In this document: in pieces, positions 54,784 to 57,651 of the stretch
Numbering within the stretch: position 1 is the first letter of the stretch
Layout of the letters: every line of letters begins with the position of its first letter
Origin: Acidobacteriota bacterium
GTDB taxonomy: Bacteria; Acidobacteriota; Thermoanaerobaculia; Multivoradales; UBA5704
Direction of reading: 5' to 3'
NCBI GenBank assembly: GCA_040005235.1
Contig: JBDTZG010000033.1
Span: forward strand, 1 to 57,651
Length of the DNA stretch: 57,651 bases
Made by a program: the position numbers and the translations under genes
Notes under the pieces: model-generated
Told to the model about the DNA's origin: nothing
Databases searched by the model: none
The model's input: only the letters and a program-made list of their open reading frames with translations

Positions 54784-56555
54784 AGGTCCGGTCCGATGCT
54801 CAGATGGAAGCGGAGCGGATGCCCCGGCTCGGTGAGCGCCCAGGCGACGTCGGCCCGGATCGGTCCGATCGGCGAGAGCCAGCGGAGGCCCACGCCCGCG
54901 CCCTGCTCCAGCTCGCAGGAAAAGTCATGGCAGGCGTTGCCCGCATCGTAAAAAGCCGCCAGGCCGAACTTGTCGAGGCTGAACTTGTCGAAGACGCGGA
55001 TGTCGTTCAACCGGAATTCGTATTCGAGGCTGCCGATCAGAAGCGTCTCGCCGCCGATCACATGGCCCGCCGAGTCCAGCTCGCCCAAGCCCTGATAGGC
55101 GTAGCCCCGGACGCTGCGATCGCCGCCCGCGAAGAAGCGAAACCGGGGAGGCAGCTCGCGGAATTCGTCGGTCACCGTGTAGCCCACCTGGGCGCGGCCG
55201 ATTAGACGGTTCCGGTCGCCGACCGTGCGGATCGCCTTGCCTTCGATCGAGGCCTGGAGAAACGACGAGTCGGACAGCGCGCTCGCCGAGGCGCCTTGGA
55301 GCGAGCCGAACAGCCGATAGCCCCGGGTGGTGAAGATCCGGTCGTCAGCCTTCACCCGCTCGTAGCTGATCCCCGGCACGACCAAGTTCGAGATTCCTTT
55401 GTCGAGGCCGACCGTGAAGTCCTCGCGTTGGAAGTTGAGCGAGATCGCCTCCCGCCAGCCGCCGCGGGTCTGGGTGCGCTGGGCGCCGATCAGCCCCGTC
55501 TCGCTCTGGGTCGTGTCGTTGTCCTTCCGGTCGTACGCCGTGTTGAACGATAGGAGGTCGGTTCGCGGGAAGGCGCCGGGGATCAAATAGCTGGTTTCCA
55601 AACTCTGCTCGATCGCGGACGCCTTGATCGACACCACGCCGCGATGTCCGCGCCGGTTGATCCGGCGCAGATCCCAGGCACCGCTCACGCGCGGGCCGGT
55701 ATCCGTTCCGTAACCGACTCCGCCGGAGAACCGCATCGTCTTGGCGGGCACCAGATCGACCTCGATCGGCACCTCCAGCCCTTGGGCCTCCTCCTGGCGG
55801 GTGACGACTTCGACCCGGCTCCAGTAGGGGCTGTCGGACAGCGCGTTCTGCAGCGCCAGGACTTTGTTCACGTCGAGCGGTTCGCCCCGTTTCCAGGTGA
55901 CGTAGCCGACCAGCAGCTCGGGATCGAGCACGTCCTGCTCGAACCGCACCTCGCCGAAGCGATAGCGCGGCCCGGTTTGGAAATGGACCACCACGTCGGC
56001 CCGGTAGCGTTCGAGGTCGACGCGGACCTCGCTGGTCTCGAACTTGGCGTCCAGATACCCCGCCTCGGCGGCCCGGTCCACCAGCTCCTTCTTGCCCGAC
56101 TCATAGTCGGGGTGGTAGAGCACCTCGCCGCGCCGGACGGGAAACTCCGCGGCGATCGCCTGGAAGCCGGAGTCGGTCGTCCCCTCGCCGTCGACGCGTA
56201 AGTCGACGCTCGCGATCTGGATCGCCGGCCCCTCCTCGACGGTGTAATGGGCGACCCATTTCTCGCCTTCGTGTTCGAGCGTGCTCCGCACCTGCGGCTT
56301 GTAATAGCCGAATGGCTGGAGCGCCTCGCCGATCTCTTCGGGCGCCTTCGCGTGCAGGCGTCGAATGCGCGCCTCGTCGAGCTTGTCGTCATCCTCTTGC
56401 GCGAGGCTGAGCAGCGAGCGGATGTTCCGCTCCAGATTGCGTTTTACGCCGTCGATCTCGATTTTCACCTTCGCCGCCTGGGCGGGGCCGGGAAACAGGG
56501 CAAGCCCCAGGATCAGGCCGCAGGCCCAGTGTCGCGCTCGGAGGGTCGTCGTCAC
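54780..56555 (-). CDS. tamA: Translocation and assembly module subunit TamA (Omp85 family)
   Basis: POTRA domains, GYGTDTG, RFFAGGDRSVRGY, GLRW.SPIGPIR.D.A, GPDL end. Confidence 0.95.
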   Translation of the reverse strand: MTTTLRARHWACGLILGLALFPGPAQAAKVKIEIDGVKRNLERNIRSLLSLAQEDDDKLDEARIRRLHAKAPEEIGEALQPFGYYKPQVRSTLEHEGEKWVAHYTVEEGPAIQIASVDLRVDGEGTTDSGFQAIAAEFPVRRGEVLYHPDYESGKKELVDRAAEAGYLDAKFETSEVRVDLERYRADVVVHFQTGPRYRFGEVRFEQDVLDPELLVGYVTWKRGEPLDVNKVLALQNALSDSPYWSRVEVVTRQEEAQGLEVPIEVDLVPAKTMRFSGGVGYGTDTGPRVSGAWDLRRINRRGHRGVVSIKASAIEQSLETSYLIPGAFPRTDLLSFNTAYDRKDNDTTQSETGLIGAQRTQTRGGWREAISLNFQREDFTVGLDKGISNLVVPGISYERVKADDRIFTTRGYRLFGSLQGASASALSDSSFLQASIEGKAIRTVGDRNRLIGRAQVGYTVTDEFRELPPRFRFFAGGDRSVRGYAYQGLGELDSAGHVIGGETLLIGSLEYEFRLNDIRVFDKFSLDKFGLAAFYDAGNACHDFSCELEQGAGVGLRWLSPIGPIRADVAWALTEPGHPLRFHLSIGPDL

Positions 56556-57472
56556 TTCGTGGCCTCCAGAGGAACTTGGACCGTGACGACGCGCTCCGCG
56601 CCCGGCTCCACCGGGGCGTGCCCCTTGCGATATTTGCGCGATTGAACGCGGGTGACTTCTGCGCCGAACAGGAAGATCAGCGACGAGTAGTAGATCCAGA
56701 GCAACATGGCGACCACCGACCCGGCGGCGCCGTAGGTCGAGGTCGTCGCGGTCCTTCCCAGGTAGAGCCCGATGCCGTACTTGCCGAGCAGGAACAGGCT
56801 CGCGGTGAGGATCGAGCCCCAGGCGACCTCGCGAAAGGAGAGCTCGACGTCCGGCAGGATGCGGTAGATCATTGCTAGCAGGACGGTCATCAGCAGCCAG
56901 GAAAGCAGCACGTCCGCCCCACCGAGGAAGGCCGAAAGGCCCCCTTCGAAGCGGGCTTCAAGAGCGCTCTGGATCGCTACGACCGCAGCGCTCGCGGCGA
57001 GCGAAAAGAGCACCAGCCCACCCACGCCGACGATCAGCACGAGGCAGAGCAGACGTTTCTTGAGCATCCGGCGAAGCCACAATTTCGGCTTCGGCTCGAC
57101 CTCCCAGACCGTGTTCAGGGCATCCTGCAGCTGGGCCAAGGCGCCGGTTGCGGTGACGACCAAAGTGATCGCGCCGATCAGCCCGGTAATCCAGCCGGCG
57201 TCGGGCCGCGCGCTCGCTTTCACGATCTCTTGGACGATACCGGCAGTTTCTGCACCCACGTACAGCGCCAGCTCGCGCTGAATCTGCCCCTGGGCCGCCT
57301 CGCGGCCGTAGAACATCCCGGAGAACGCGACCACCAGAATCAGGATCGGAGCGAGCGCGATCAGGAAGTAAAACGCCAAAGCGCCGCTCTGTGTCATCGA
57401 GCCATGGCGCTCCCAATTGGCGCCGGCCTCCTTGAGGACGCTCCAAATCTCTTGTCGTTTCGGGCGGCGCAT
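56552..57472 (-). CDS. YihY/BrkB family inner membrane protein
   Basis: ALAFY..IALAP, LQDALN.VW, Y..LPD, YGAAGS....LLWIYYSS.I.LFGAE; ATG 57472. Confidence 0.92.
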   Translation of the reverse strand: MRRPKRQEIWSVLKEAGANWERHGSMTQSGALAFYFLIALAPILILVVAFSGMFYGREAAQGQIQRELALYVGAETAGIVQEIVKASARPDAGWITGLIGAITLVVTATGALAQLQDALNTVWEVEPKPKLWLRRMLKKRLLCLVLIVGVGGLVLFSLAASAAVVAIQSALEARFEGGLSAFLGGADVLLSWLLMTVLLAMIYRILPDVELSFREVAWGSILTASLFLLGKYGIGLYLGRTATTSTYGAAGSVVAMLLWIYYSSLIFLFGAEVTRVQSRKYRKGHAPVEPGAERVVTVQVPLEATK

Positions 57473-57539
57473 GCGCAGTCGGGCCTCCCGGTGCAGGCCG
57501 CGAGGTACGGGGTGGGGTCTGCAAGGGGTGGGCCATTGG

Positions 57540-57650
57540 GGCGGGGTGAATCGGCCGCTAGAATGGGTCGTCCCTGACGGGACGAGATGTTCAAAAACAC
57601 GTCCCGGGAGGGACGTCGTAACATAGCGAGTGATTTCAATCACTCGCGGG
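57540..57650. repeat. Inverted REP doublet, same family as 31496-31645
   Basis: gtcccgggagggacgtcgtaacatagcgagtgatttcaatcactcgcggg is a near copy of 31596-31645. Confidence 0.85.
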
Positions 57651-57651
57651 G

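Overview
GC-rich bacterial chromosomal segment, most consistent with an Acidobacteriota (Thermoanaerobaculia-like) genome. This is inferred from the Acidobacterial-type VWA protein, TPR-CHAT and STK-TPR genes and many ECF sigma factors. The housekeeping backbone comprises methylmalonyl-CoA mutase, class II RNR (nrdJ) with NrdR boxes, TlpA, OmpA, an archaeal-type GAPDH homologue, an RNase Z-like protein, RlmD, DauA, TamAB and YihY. The centre holds extracytoplasmic-signalling modules. Four ECF sigma factors are controlled in four different ways (ECF42 TPR extension, TPR-CHAT protease plus anti-sigma, FecR/TonB receptor, ECF43-like with two tandem Ser/Thr kinases), and for three of them candidate promoters can be read from the DNA. 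Two lower-GC accessory patches carry TA systems and gene remnants. Four signals stand out. (1) A coiled-coil/winged-helix gene is preceded by a perfect palindrome and followed by a ~600-bp head-to-head array of the same half-site phased at 21 bp. (2) Three identical TGGCCCC-N16-CGCCTCT promoter-like motifs surround the ECF43/kinase operon. (3) A recurring design lets the ECF -10 region pair with the downstream Shine-Dalgarno. (4) An orphan fragment resembles a DGR variable region. No rRNA, tRNA, CRISPR array, integrase, transposase or RT gene was seen. All calls come from reading the sequence; no searches were run.
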